A DNA stretch of 33,731 nucleotides from Planctomycetota bacterium (GCA_026387055.1 JAPLML010000066.1:1-33731), one strand, 5' to 3'; numbered from the stretch's first letter, positions 8,554 to 16,171 are shown. Numbers and translations are program-made. Notes: generated by a model not told the origin, from the sequence alone.

Positions 8554-9102
8554 ATGGCCTACGGCATGCAGAACGGCGATGGCCTTACAAAGAGTGGCGG
8601 TTTGCTGGGCAGCAAACCGGCCACGCTGAGTTACGCACTACGGGAACACGATCTCCGATTGCTGCCCTTGAAGGAGAGGTGTCTCTTGCGCCTCCTCTAC
8701 TACCGCGGTGCAACGCAGCGCGAACTGGCAGGGGCCCTCGGAGTCAGCCGTGGGCGCCTGCGTCGCATGCTTCGCAGGGCACATCGGCGGGCCACGGACC
8801 CCCAGAACCTGGCTATCGTGCGGTGCTGGCGCCGCCTGACCGAACAGGAGCAGCGCGTGGTCCGCCTGAACTGCTTCTGGGGGCTGTCGCTCAGAGAGGT
8901 CGCGCGCGACGCACTCATCGCGATGCCACCTGTGGGCGGCAGGCCCGGCAGCACTGCCACGCTGACACAACTGCGGAGCATGATACGGGCAGTTCGGCGC
9001 AAGGCCCGGCGCCACGAGCGGCGGCGCGAGGGTAGCCGCCCCCGCACCGAGGGCATCGGGCAACCAATCACTTCGCCTGGTCAGGAGTCACAGGAAACGT
9101 GA
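8554..9102 (+). CDS. Basic DNA-binding protein with two sigma70 region-4-like HTH units
   Basis: LPLKERCLLRLLYYRGATQRELAGALGVSRG and LTEQEQRVVRLNCFWGLSLREVAR; lies directly after a strong promoter. Confidence 0.72.
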   Translation: MAYGMQNGDGLTKSGGLLGSKPATLSYALREHDLRLLPLKERCLLRLLYYRGATQRELAGALGVSRGRLRRMLRRAHRRATDPQNLAIVRCWRRLTEQEQRVVRLNCFWGLSLREVARDALIAMPPVGGRPGSTATLTQLRSMIRAVRRKARRHERRREGSRPRTEGIGQPITSPGQESQET

Positions 9103-9382
9103 ACCGTATGCGAAAGCACGGGAGCGTCTCAAGCCGGTCCCCGTACAGCGCCCGAAGCTCCGCCAGGAGTGCTTCGCGCGAGGCGAAACCATCGAGCCGC
9201 GCGTCCTCCTCGGTCAGGGCCTCCGGGCGGACGTCCTCGAACGCCGTCACCAGGACCTTGCCCAACCCCGGTACGAACTCCACCTGGCCGGCGCGCAGCC
9301 GCCGCTTCGGCCAGATTCTCACCGTCTGCCGCTTGGCCCCCGACGCAATCGGTTCCAGAAACTTCTTCTTGAACAGGAGCAT
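9068..9382 (-). CDS. ASCH-domain protein
   Basis: MLLFKKKFLEPIASGAKRQTVR (GxKxxTxR), LTEEDARLDGF and IRF end. Start taken at ATG 9382. Confidence 0.85.
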   Translation of the reverse strand: MLLFKKKFLEPIASGAKRQTVRIWPKRRLRAGQVEFVPGLGKVLVTAFEDVRPEALTEEDARLDGFASREALLAELRALYGDRLETLPCFRIRFTFPVTPDQAK

Positions 9383-9431
9383 CCCTCGCCTCGGTTGCCG
9401 CGGCGACCCCCTCGGACGGAGGAGCATACGC

Positions 9432-10217
9432 ATGACCCTCTACACGATCAATCAAAAGTTCCAGGCCGCGCCCACCGGCCGCGCGGCCGAACCGTGCGGC
9501 GCGCGCAGACTCAAGGTGGCCGAGATGTTCGGCATCGGCCTCGACGAGTCCTATGAGGTCACGCTCTACCACGACCTCCGCCTCGACGTCCGCCCTGGCG
9601 ACGTGGTGTTCATCACCGGCCCGTCGGGCAGCGGCAAGAGCGTCCTCCTGCGCAATCTGGCCCGCGCCATCCAGGGGGAGCCGCCAACGGGGGCTCGCCT
9701 TGTGGACCTGGGGACCATCCACGAGGCGGGGCGCCGCGGCGACCGGCCTGTCATCGACCTTATGACAGGGCCTCTGGAACAGGCCCTGCGGCTGCTGAGC
9801 GCCGCAGGGCTGGCCGACGCGTTTCTGCTCCTGAGGACGCCGCAGGAGCTTTCCGACGGGCAGCGGTACCGCCTGCGGTTGGCCCTGGCGCTCGATGCGC
9901 TGCTGGGTGGCGCGGCTGAGGACGTGGCGCCGCACGGTTGCCCGCCCGCCGCGGCGGGCGGGCTGAGTGGAGAGGACGGCGGCCTGAATGTGCTGGTCGC
10001 CGATGAGTTCTGTTCCACGCTCGACCTGCTCTGCGCGCGGGCGGTCGCGTACCGCGTCCGCCGTCTGGCGACAACGCACGGCGTCACGGTCCTCGCCGCG
10101 AGCGCCCACGATGATGTCGTGGAGGACCTCGCGCCGGACGTCCTGGTCGCCAAGCACGAGGGGATCGGCATCGAGGTCATCTACGCCGATCCCGGCCGCG
10201 CCGAGGTGCAGCCATGA
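9432..10217 (+). CDS. Soluble ABC-family ATPase with no associated permease
   Basis: Walker A GPSGSGKS, signature ELSDGQRYR, Walker B/D-loop VLVADEFCSTLD and H-loop ASAHDD. GGAGG RBS; ATGA overlap with the next gene. Confidence 0.88.
   Translation: MTLYTINQKFQAAPTGRAAEPCGARRLKVAEMFGIGLDESYEVTLYHDLRLDVRPGDVVFITGPSGSGKSVLLRNLARAIQGEPPTGARLVDLGTIHEAGRRGDRPVIDLMTGPLEQALRLLSAAGLADAFLLLRTPQELSDGQRYRLRLALALDALLGGAAEDVAPHGCPPAAAGGLSGEDGGLNVLVADEFCSTLDLLCARAVAYRVRRLATTHGVTVLAASAHDDVVEDLAPDVLVAKHEGIGIEVIYADPGRAEVQP
9940..9963. repeat. Perfect 24-bp palindrome within a loop of the ABC ATPase
   Basis: GCCCGCCCGCCGCGGCGGGCGGGC is self-complementary. The core CCGCCGCGGCGG also occurs at 1206-1217. Confidence 0.7.
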
Positions 10218-11065
10218 TCGCCGAGGCGAGGCCCGCCAAGCTGTGCACGCTCCTGGCGAACATCCGCATCGAACGCGGCACCCGCGACGACTGGCTGGCC
10301 CTGGCCCGCTTCCACTACCGCAGCCACGAAGCCGGGGCGGTGACGGGCATCTTTCGCATGGTGTATGACACGGGCGGAGTGCGGACTGCGGAGTGCGGAC
10401 TGCGAAATGAAAAGTCAAAGAGTAAGACGGCAACGATGCCTGACTTTTCACTCCGCACTCCGCATTCCACACTCCGCACTGTCCTTGTCGGCGCGCTCGT
10501 GTACAGCCGCTCGCCCCTGTCGCTGGCGGCCCGCGACCGCGCGACGGGCGGGAGGTACCGGACGGCCGGCATGGGCCGCACGGCCGCGGGGTACCTCATC
10601 AACCGCGAGCTTCGCATTATCAGCCGCGTCGTCCTCGCGCCGAACTGGCGCGGGCTGGGTCTCGCCAGCCGCCTGGTGGCCGAGACGCTCCCCCACGCGG
10701 GGACGCCCTATGTCGAGGCGATGGCCGCGATGGGCGAGATGCACCCGCTGTTTGAACGGGCCGGCATGACGGCCTATCCGCAGCGGCCCGCGCCACAGGG
10801 CGAGCGGCTCCGGGCGGCCCTGGAGGCCGCCGGCATCGACCGGGCGGCCCGCCGACGCGGCGCCGACCTCTTGCGGGCCATCGACGCCTTGCCCCCCGGC
10901 CCGCGCCGCCTCCTGGACCGTGAAGTCGAGCGGTGGGCCCGCTCCTACCTCGGCGCCAAGAACCACCGGACGTGCCGGCTCGGCCGCGAGCGGATGCTCG
11001 ACCTGGCGGCCCGGCATCTCGACAGCGTGCCGGTGTACTACCTATGGAGGAATCCACGCCCATGA
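10214..11065 (+). CDS. GNAT-fold acetyltransferase (possibly Mom-like) with an in-frame repeat insertion
   Basis: LARFHYR, then ISRVVLAPNWRGLGLASRLV (acetyl-CoA motif A), then YVEAMAAMG..HPLFERAGM. ATGA overlaps on both sides. Confidence 0.82.
   Translation: MIAEARPAKLCTLLANIRIERGTRDDWLALARFHYRSHEAGAVTGIFRMVYDTGGVRTAECGLRNEKSKSKTATMPDFSLRTPHSTLRTVLVGALVYSRSPLSLAARDRATGGRYRTAGMGRTAAGYLINRELRIISRVVLAPNWRGLGLASRLVAETLPHAGTPYVEAMAAMGEMHPLFERAGMTAYPQRPAPQGERLRAALEAAGIDRAARRRGADLLRAIDALPPGPRRLLDREVERWARSYLGAKNHRTCRLGRERMLDLAARHLDSVPVYYLWRNPRP
10367..10483 (+). repeat. Heptamer-armed stem-loop element, in frame in the GNAT gene
   Basis: (GCGGAGT/GCGGACT)x4, GCGAAAT, a 41-bp core GAAAAGTCA...TGACTTTTC, then (ACTCCGC)x4. 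Translates as GVRTAECGLRNEK...LRTPHSTLRT. Confidence 0.92.
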
Positions 11066-11523
11066 AAACCACGCCACGCCATCGCAAGATCGCCCGCACG
11101 ATCTGGGAATGCGGGGGCCGGCTCGAAGAGGCCGCCCAGCGAGAAGACGTCCGCCCGGACACGCTGCGCCGGTGGCTCGCCGACGGGGACTTCCGGGCCC
11201 TGCTGGCCGAGGACGCCCTGGAGCCGATCCTCCAGGCCACCAGCGCCATGCTCCGGTGGGCGCCGGTGGCCGTGGCGCGGCTCATCCAGGACCTGGAGGG
11301 CGAGTCGGCCGCCGACGCGCGCCAGGCGGCACGCGAAATCTTCAAGCTTGCCCTCGACACGCAGCGCGAACTCGCCCGCTCCGCCGAGGCGCCGCCCGGC
11401 GATGCCAAGCAGGCCGACGGACCCTCGGACGACCCCCTCACGCAGCGCGTGGCCGGCCTGACCGACGAACAACTGGCCCGAGTGCTCGCCATCCTGAACG
11501 AGACGAAAGGAGACCGCCGATGA
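11062..11523 (+). CDS. HTH protein, possible terminase small subunit
   Basis: N-terminal HTH (LEEAAQREDVRPDTLRRWL) followed by helices; translationally coupled; lies upstream of ParB and TerL. Confidence 0.6.
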   Translation: MKTTPRHRKIARTIWECGGRLEEAAQREDVRPDTLRRWLADGDFRALLAEDALEPILQATSAMLRWAPVAVARLIQDLEGESAADARQAAREIFKLALDTQRELARSAEAPPGDAKQADGPSDDPLTQRVAGLTDEQLARVLAILNETKGDRR

Positions 11524-12245
11524 CCCTCCAGTGGATCCCCCTGGGCTGCCTGGAGCCGCACCCCGAGAACTCGAACCGCATGCCGCCGCGGCTCCTGGAG
11601 AAACTCAAGGCCCACATCCAGCGCACGGGCCTTTACGAGCCGCTGGTGGTTCGACCCCTTGAGTGCGGAGTGCGGAGTGCGGAATGCGAAGTGCAAGACA
11701 ACAGCAAGAACAGCGCGGCGGAGCCGAGTGCGGCGGAGTCTGCCTCTTTCACTCCGCATTCCGCACTCCTCACTCCGCACGTGCAGTACCAGATTCTCAA
11801 CGGCCACCACCGGGCCGAGGTGCTGCGCCTGCTCGGCCACACGCACGCAAGGTGCGACGTGTGGGAGGTAGACGATGCCGAGGCGCGGCTGCTCCTGGCG
11901 ACCCTCAACCGGCTGGAGGGCCGCGACGATTCGGCGGCGCGGGCGCGGCTCGTGGCGCGGCTGGCCGAGGGACGGTCGGCCGAGGAACTCTCGCGGCTGC
12001 TGCCGGAGCCGGCCGATGCCGTCGAGCGGCTGCTGGCCCTGGCGAAGCCGCCGCCGGCGCCACTCGCGCCCGACGAGGTGGAGGTGCCCGCGCGGCCGAT
12101 GACGTTCTTCCTCACCGACGAGCAGCACGAGGCGGTGAGCGAGGCGCTGCGCGAGGCGGCGGCGCCCGCCGCGCCGAAATGCTCGCGGGCCGAGGCGCTC
12201 GAGCGGCTCGCCCTCTGGTATCTCGAGGCCCGGAACCGCCGCTAG
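11520..12245 (+). CDS. ParB/Sulfiredoxin N-terminal domain protein with an in-frame repeat insertion
   Basis: LEPHPENSNRM, GLYEPLVVR, YQILNGHHR and LNRLEG motifs. AAAGGAG RBS; ATG 11520 overlaps the upstream TGA. Confidence 0.88.
   Translation: MTLQWIPLGCLEPHPENSNRMPPRLLEKLKAHIQRTGLYEPLVVRPLECGVRSAECEVQDNSKNSAAEPSAAESASFTPHSALLTPHVQYQILNGHHRAEVLRLLGHTHARCDVWEVDDAEARLLLATLNRLEGRDDSAARARLVARLAEGRSAEELSRLLPEPADAVERLLALAKPPPAPLAPDEVEVPARPMTFFLTDEQHEAVSEALREAAAPAAPKCSRAEALERLALWYLEARNRR
11661..11780 (+). repeat. Heptamer-armed stem-loop element, in frame in ParB (120 bp, 40 aa)
   Basis: GAGT(GCGGAGT)2 GCGGAAT GCGAAGT...ACTCCGC ATTCCGC ACTCCTC ACTCCGC. Encodes ECGVRSAECE...TPHSALLTPH. Confidence 0.92.
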
Positions 12246-12270
12246 CGCTCCGTCTCATGTGAAATGAGGG

Positions 12271-12347
12271 GTGCCACGGCCGGCTTGTCCGGCAGCGGCC
12301 GGGCGCACCCCCGGAGTCCCCACGGCGGGACAAGCCCGCCGTGTCAC
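12271..12347. repeat. REP-doublet family B (CACGGCCGGCTTGTCCGG / CACGGCGGGACAAGCCCGCCGTG)
   Basis: Inverted pair of hairpins matching the doublet at 19469-19556, with compensatory stem changes. Confidence 0.8.
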
Positions 12348-12417
12348 AAAGACGTGCCGAAGCACGCAGGGTGGGTGCTGTGCATCCACCTTCAACTACA
12401 TCCGGAGAGATCTACTC

Positions 12418-14025
12418 ATGAGCGTTCGCCCTGTGCCGCCGGAGGAGCTTCGGTCGCGCCTCGCGCCGGCGCTCGCCTCGGCCCGCCCGAAGTCGCCCGA
12501 ATCGCTCTGGGAGTTCGTCCGGAGCGTCTACGGCCTGGCCGTCCCGCGGCGGGCGGTGTGCCCCGGCCACGCGGCGCCGATGGAGTACCTGGCGCGGGCG
12601 ATCCTGGCGCCGGGGCGGGACCTGGTGGTCTGGGCCTCCCGCGGCGGCGCGAAGACGGAGCTCGGCAGCGTGGCCGCCCATCTCGATTCCATCCTGCGGC
12701 CGGGGTGCCAGACGCGCATCCTCGGCGGGAGCCTGGACCAGTCTGAAAAAATGTATGAATATCTCATGCGCAAGTGGGGCGGGCCGTTCGCGGCCCTGCT
12801 CGCGCGCGAGCCGACGGCCCGGCGGACTGCGCTCGCCAACGGCTCGGCGATCGAGGTCCTGACCCAGTCGCCGAGGTCGGTCCGCGGCCAGCGCGTGCAC
12901 CGGCTGAAGTGCGACGAGGTCGACGAGTTCTCACCCGACGTCTGGCGGGCCGCGCAGTTCGTCACCCAGTCGAGCCCCGGCCGCGACGGCCGGTGGATCC
13001 CCGCCCAGATGGAGGTCTTCTCGACGCTCCACCGGCCGTTCGGACCGATGGCGGCGCTGGTCGACCGTCTCCTCCAGTGCGGAGTGCGGAATGCGGAGTG
13101 CGGAGTAAACGGCGAACCACGACAAGAGGGTGCGGCACGTTGCCAGTCCATTCCCCCCTCCGAACTCCGCACTCCACACTTGCTCAAGTGGTGTTTGTGG
13201 GAAGTCATCGAGCCCTGCCCCGCCGAGCGGTCGTGCAGCCGGTGCCCCCTGTGGACCGATTGCGAGGGCAAGGCCCGGCGGGCCGACGGCTACTTTCCGA
13301 TCGCCGACGCCATCGCCCAGAAGGCCCGGGCCAGCCGCGAGGCGTGGGAGGCCGAGATGCTGTGCCTGCGGCCCCGCGCGGACCGGCTGGTCTTTGCGGA
13401 GTTCGACCCCGCGCGGCACGTGGCGCCGCTGGCGTATGATCCGGGATTGCCGCTCTATCGCGCCATCGATTTCGGGTACGCGAACCCGTTCGTGTGCCTG
13501 TGGGTGCAGGTCAATGACGGCGGCGCGCGGCAAGGCGCCGGCAACGGGGGCGACCCGGATCTTTCGCGCCTGGAGCTTCGCGTCATCCGCGAGTACGTGG
13601 CCCGCGAGCGGCCCGTGGCCGAGCACGCCCGCGAGATGGGGGCCCGCGATCCGGGGCCGGTGCTCGCGACGTTCGCCGACCCCGCCGGCTGGCAGCGGTC
13701 GGACGTGACGGGCACCGGGCCGTGCCAGGAACTCGCGCGGCTGGGCATCCGCACCCGCACGCCGCGGGCGGGAATCCTGGAAGGGGTGGAGCTCCTGCGG
13801 CGGCTCCTCAAGCCGCGCGACGGCGGACGGTCAGGACTCGTGGTCGACCCGTCGAGCACGTGGCTCGTGCGGGCGTTCCAGGAGTATCACTGGGACGAGT
13901 CCGACGACGGCCGCCGCAACGAGCGCCCGGCCAAGGACGGGGCGGACCATCCGATTGACGCACTGCGATATCTCGTCACCGGACTCTTCCTCAAACGTGA
14001 AGCGGTGAGGGAGAGGAGGTGGTGA
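12418..14025 (+). CDS. Terminase large subunit-like protein (ATPase plus RNase H nuclease) with an in-frame repeat insertion
   Basis: Walker A ASRGGAKT, VRG, Walker B LKCDEVDE, coupling motif FSTLH, nuclease YRAIDFGYANPF, FADPAG and DHPIDALRY. Cys cluster CxxxxxCxxCPLWxxC. Start taken at ATG 12418 after GGAGA. Confidence 0.88.
   Translation: MSVRPVPPEELRSRLAPALASARPKSPESLWEFVRSVYGLAVPRRAVCPGHAAPMEYLARAILAPGRDLVVWASRGGAKTELGSVAAHLDSILRPGCQTRILGGSLDQSEKMYEYLMRKWGGPFAALLAREPTARRTALANGSAIEVLTQSPRSVRGQRVHRLKCDEVDEFSPDVWRAAQFVTQSSPGRDGRWIPAQMEVFSTLHRPFGPMAALVDRLLQCGVRNAECGVNGEPRQEGAARCQSIPPSELRTPHLLKWCLWEVIEPCPAERSCSRCPLWTDCEGKARRADGYFPIADAIAQKARASREAWEAEMLCLRPRADRLVFAEFDPARHVAPLAYDPGLPLYRAIDFGYANPFVCLWVQVNDGGARQGAGNGGDPDLSRLELRVIREYVARERPVAEHAREMGARDPGPVLATFADPAGWQRSDVTGTGPCQELARLGIRTRTPRAGILEGVELLRRLLKPRDGGRSGLVVDPSSTWLVRAFQEYHWDESDDGRRNERPAKDGADHPIDALRYLVTGLFLKREAVRERRW
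13075..13182 (+). repeat. Heptamer-armed stem-loop element, in frame in the terminase
   Basis: CAGT GCGGAGT GCGGAAT GCGGAGT GCGGAGT...CCTCCGA ACTCCGC ACTCCAC ACTTG. Encodes QCGVRNAECGV...ELRTPH. Confidence 0.9.
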
Positions 14026-14029
14026 GGCA

Positions 14030-14128
14030 AGTGCGGAGTGCGGAATGCGAGATGAAAAGTCATAGAGTAAGACGGCAACGATGCCTCACTTTTCACTCTG
14101 CACTCCGCATTCCGCACTCCGCACTGTC
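14030..14128 (+). repeat. Heptamer-armed stem-loop element between convergent TerL and PLD genes
   Basis: Same arms as the other copies. Core 14054-14094 matches 10409-10449 at 39/41. Confidence 0.92.
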
Positions 14129-14654
14129 ACCAAGGCGATTCGAGGGGGACGGGGCAATGGGGCCTCTGGTGGCAGGTCTGGCACATCGAGCCGGACCAGA
14201 CGGCCTCGAACAGGTCGGCCACGGTGTCCACGAGGACGGGGTCGTCGGTCACGAGGCCGATCTCGAAGTTGCGTCGGCCGGCGCTCTTGGCGCCGAGGCC
14301 CGCGCCGGTGAGGTTGGCGCTGCCGAGGTAGAGCCGCTGACCGTCGGCGATGGCCGCCTTGAAGTGCGTCCGCGGGCAGCGGCGCATGTGAAACACACCG
14401 GGGCGGACCGCCTTGAGTTCCTCGAGGAACGGCCCCGAAGGCACGCCGCTGTGCAGGATCCGCACCTCCACGCCGCCATCGCCCAGGCGCTCGAAGAGCC
14501 GGACGACGCTCTCCGCATGACCGCCGGGCTTGGGAATCCGCGTGGCCTTGAGTGTGGCGGTGGCCACCAGGAGGCTGTCCTTCGCCGACGGAATGAGGTC
14601 CGCCAGGACGCGGGCGTAGATGCGCTCGCCGGTGAGGTACTCGAACTGGGGCAT
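14127..14654 (-). CDS. Single-HKD phospholipase D/nuclease-family protein with a C-terminal Cys motif
   Basis: HFKAAIADG...GSANLT...NFE and CQTCHQRPHC. Start taken at MPQF after GGAGG. Confidence 0.85.
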   Translation of the reverse strand: MPQFEYLTGERIYARVLADLIPSAKDSLLVATATLKATRIPKPGGHAESVVRLFERLGDGGVEVRILHSGVPSGPFLEELKAVRPGVFHMRRCPRTHFKAAIADGQRLYLGSANLTGAGLGAKSAGRRNFEIGLVTDDPVLVDTVADLFEAVWSGSMCQTCHQRPHCPVPLESPW

Positions 14655-14759
14655 GAGGGCCTCCCGCTTCCTCCCTGACAACACGTAGGCCGCGGCAACG
14701 CCGCGGCTTCCCGCCATGGGTATGATGGCAGGCCGTAACGTTGCCACGGCCTACGCACT

Positions 14760-16039
14760 TCAGATCACCCATCGCAGGATGTGCAGCAGGATGGCGACGG
14801 TCAGGAGGACGATCAGAATGATGGTTAACTGGTTGACGGCAAAGGGGTTGAGCGGAGGGGGCGTAGGCGACTCCTCTTCCTGCTCGCGGACGCCCTTGCC
14901 CTCGGCCAGACTCTCCATCCACTTGTCCTCTCGGTCAACACGTTCGCGGGCGATGCGCGGCGGCTGGCCGCCGGCGACGGTCCGCAGGTCCACCAGCAGG
15001 TCCTCGGTAGACTTGTAGCGGTCGGCGGGACGCTTGGCCATCATCACCTCGACGACCTCGCTGACGCCGGCCGAGAGCGCCTTGTTGACGTGGTCCGGGG
15101 GAATGAGCGGGCTCGTCACGTGCTTCTGCATCACCTGCTGAGGCGTTGGGGCCGTGAAGGGCGGCCGGCCGGTCAGCATCTCGTAGAACGTGGCGCCGAG
15201 GGAGTAGATATCGGCGCGGAAATCGATCTTCGCGCTCCCGACCACCTGTTCCGGGGCGATGTAGTACGGCGTGCCGAAGGCCTTGCCGAGCTCCTCAACG
15301 TCCACGTCGGCCACCTGGCGCGCCAAGCCCATGTCGGCCAGCTTCGCGAGGCCCTCCTTGGTAAGCATGATGTTCTTGGGCTTGACGTCGCGATGGATGA
15401 AGCCGCGAGAGTGCGCGTGGGCGAGGGCCTCGGCCATGTGGATGATGATCTCGAGGGCCCGCTCCTCAGGCAGCGGCCCGCCGCGCTCCTTCAGAAGGTC
15501 GTAGACGGTCGTTCCATCGACGAACTCCTGGATGAAGTAGGGGTAGCCCTCGGGGGTCTCGCCCGCGTCGATGGCCTGGACGATGTTGTTGTGGGAGAGC
15601 TTGGCCGCCGCCCGGGCCTCCTGGACAAACCGCTGCCGCGCCTGCGGGTCGCGGGCCGTCTTCGTCAGCATCACCTTGACGGCCACGATGCGGTCGACCG
15701 AGACCTGGCGGCCCCTGAAAACGATCGCCTGGCTGCCGCGGCCGACCTTCTCGAGAATCTGGATGCCGGGGATCGTGAGTTTCGGTGCGGCGGCCTCTTC
15801 CCCAGCGGAGGGGGGGCCGGGGCGGAAGGCTCTTTCGCCAGGAGCGCCAGGATCCGCCGGGCCTGGCTCTCCGTCAGGCCGCCGGCCTTGACGAGGGCCT
15901 CGGTCAGCGACATGCCCCGGCCTTCCTTCTCGGCCTGATTGAGGAGGCGGCGGGCTTCCTTGAGCTCGTCTTCGGTCGTCAGCCCCCGGCCGACCACGTA
16001 CTGTTCGAGCCGCTGTTCGTGTTCGGGTGATGCAGCCAT
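14760..16039 (-). pseudogene. Membrane Ser/Thr protein kinase split by a frameshift near a C7 homopolymer
   Basis: The N-terminal ORF (16039) is homologous to the neighbouring kinase N-terminus. The kinase domain (VAVK, HRDVKPKN, DMG, GTPYYIAPE) and C-terminal TM lie in another frame. G7 run at 15810-15816. Confidence 0.8.
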
Positions 16040-16171
16040 CGGTGCGCCGTGATTGGATTTCTCGAAAAGTTTCGTTTAGGCAACTATCGCCGCCGCGGTA
16101 AAAAGAGTCAACCAAAAACCGCGAATGTCGGCGATGCCTCGCCCACGCGGGCCGGCACGGCCACCCGTCGA

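Noticed and set aside
12271..12417. N-terminal extension of TerL given in the ORF track
   Set aside because: It is a translation of the REP doublet; a better ATG with an RBS lies at 12418.
10367..13182. Inserts as inteins or group I/II introns
   Set aside because: They are too short (35-40 aa), lack the intein C-terminal His-Asn, and show no ribozyme core.
7302..14025. Complete prophage
   Set aside because: No integrase, portal, capsid, tail, lysis or replication genes are present, and no att repeats were seen.
10367..14128. Heptamer elements as a CRISPR array
   Set aside because: The copies are dispersed inverted arms, not regular repeat-spacer units, and there are no cas genes.
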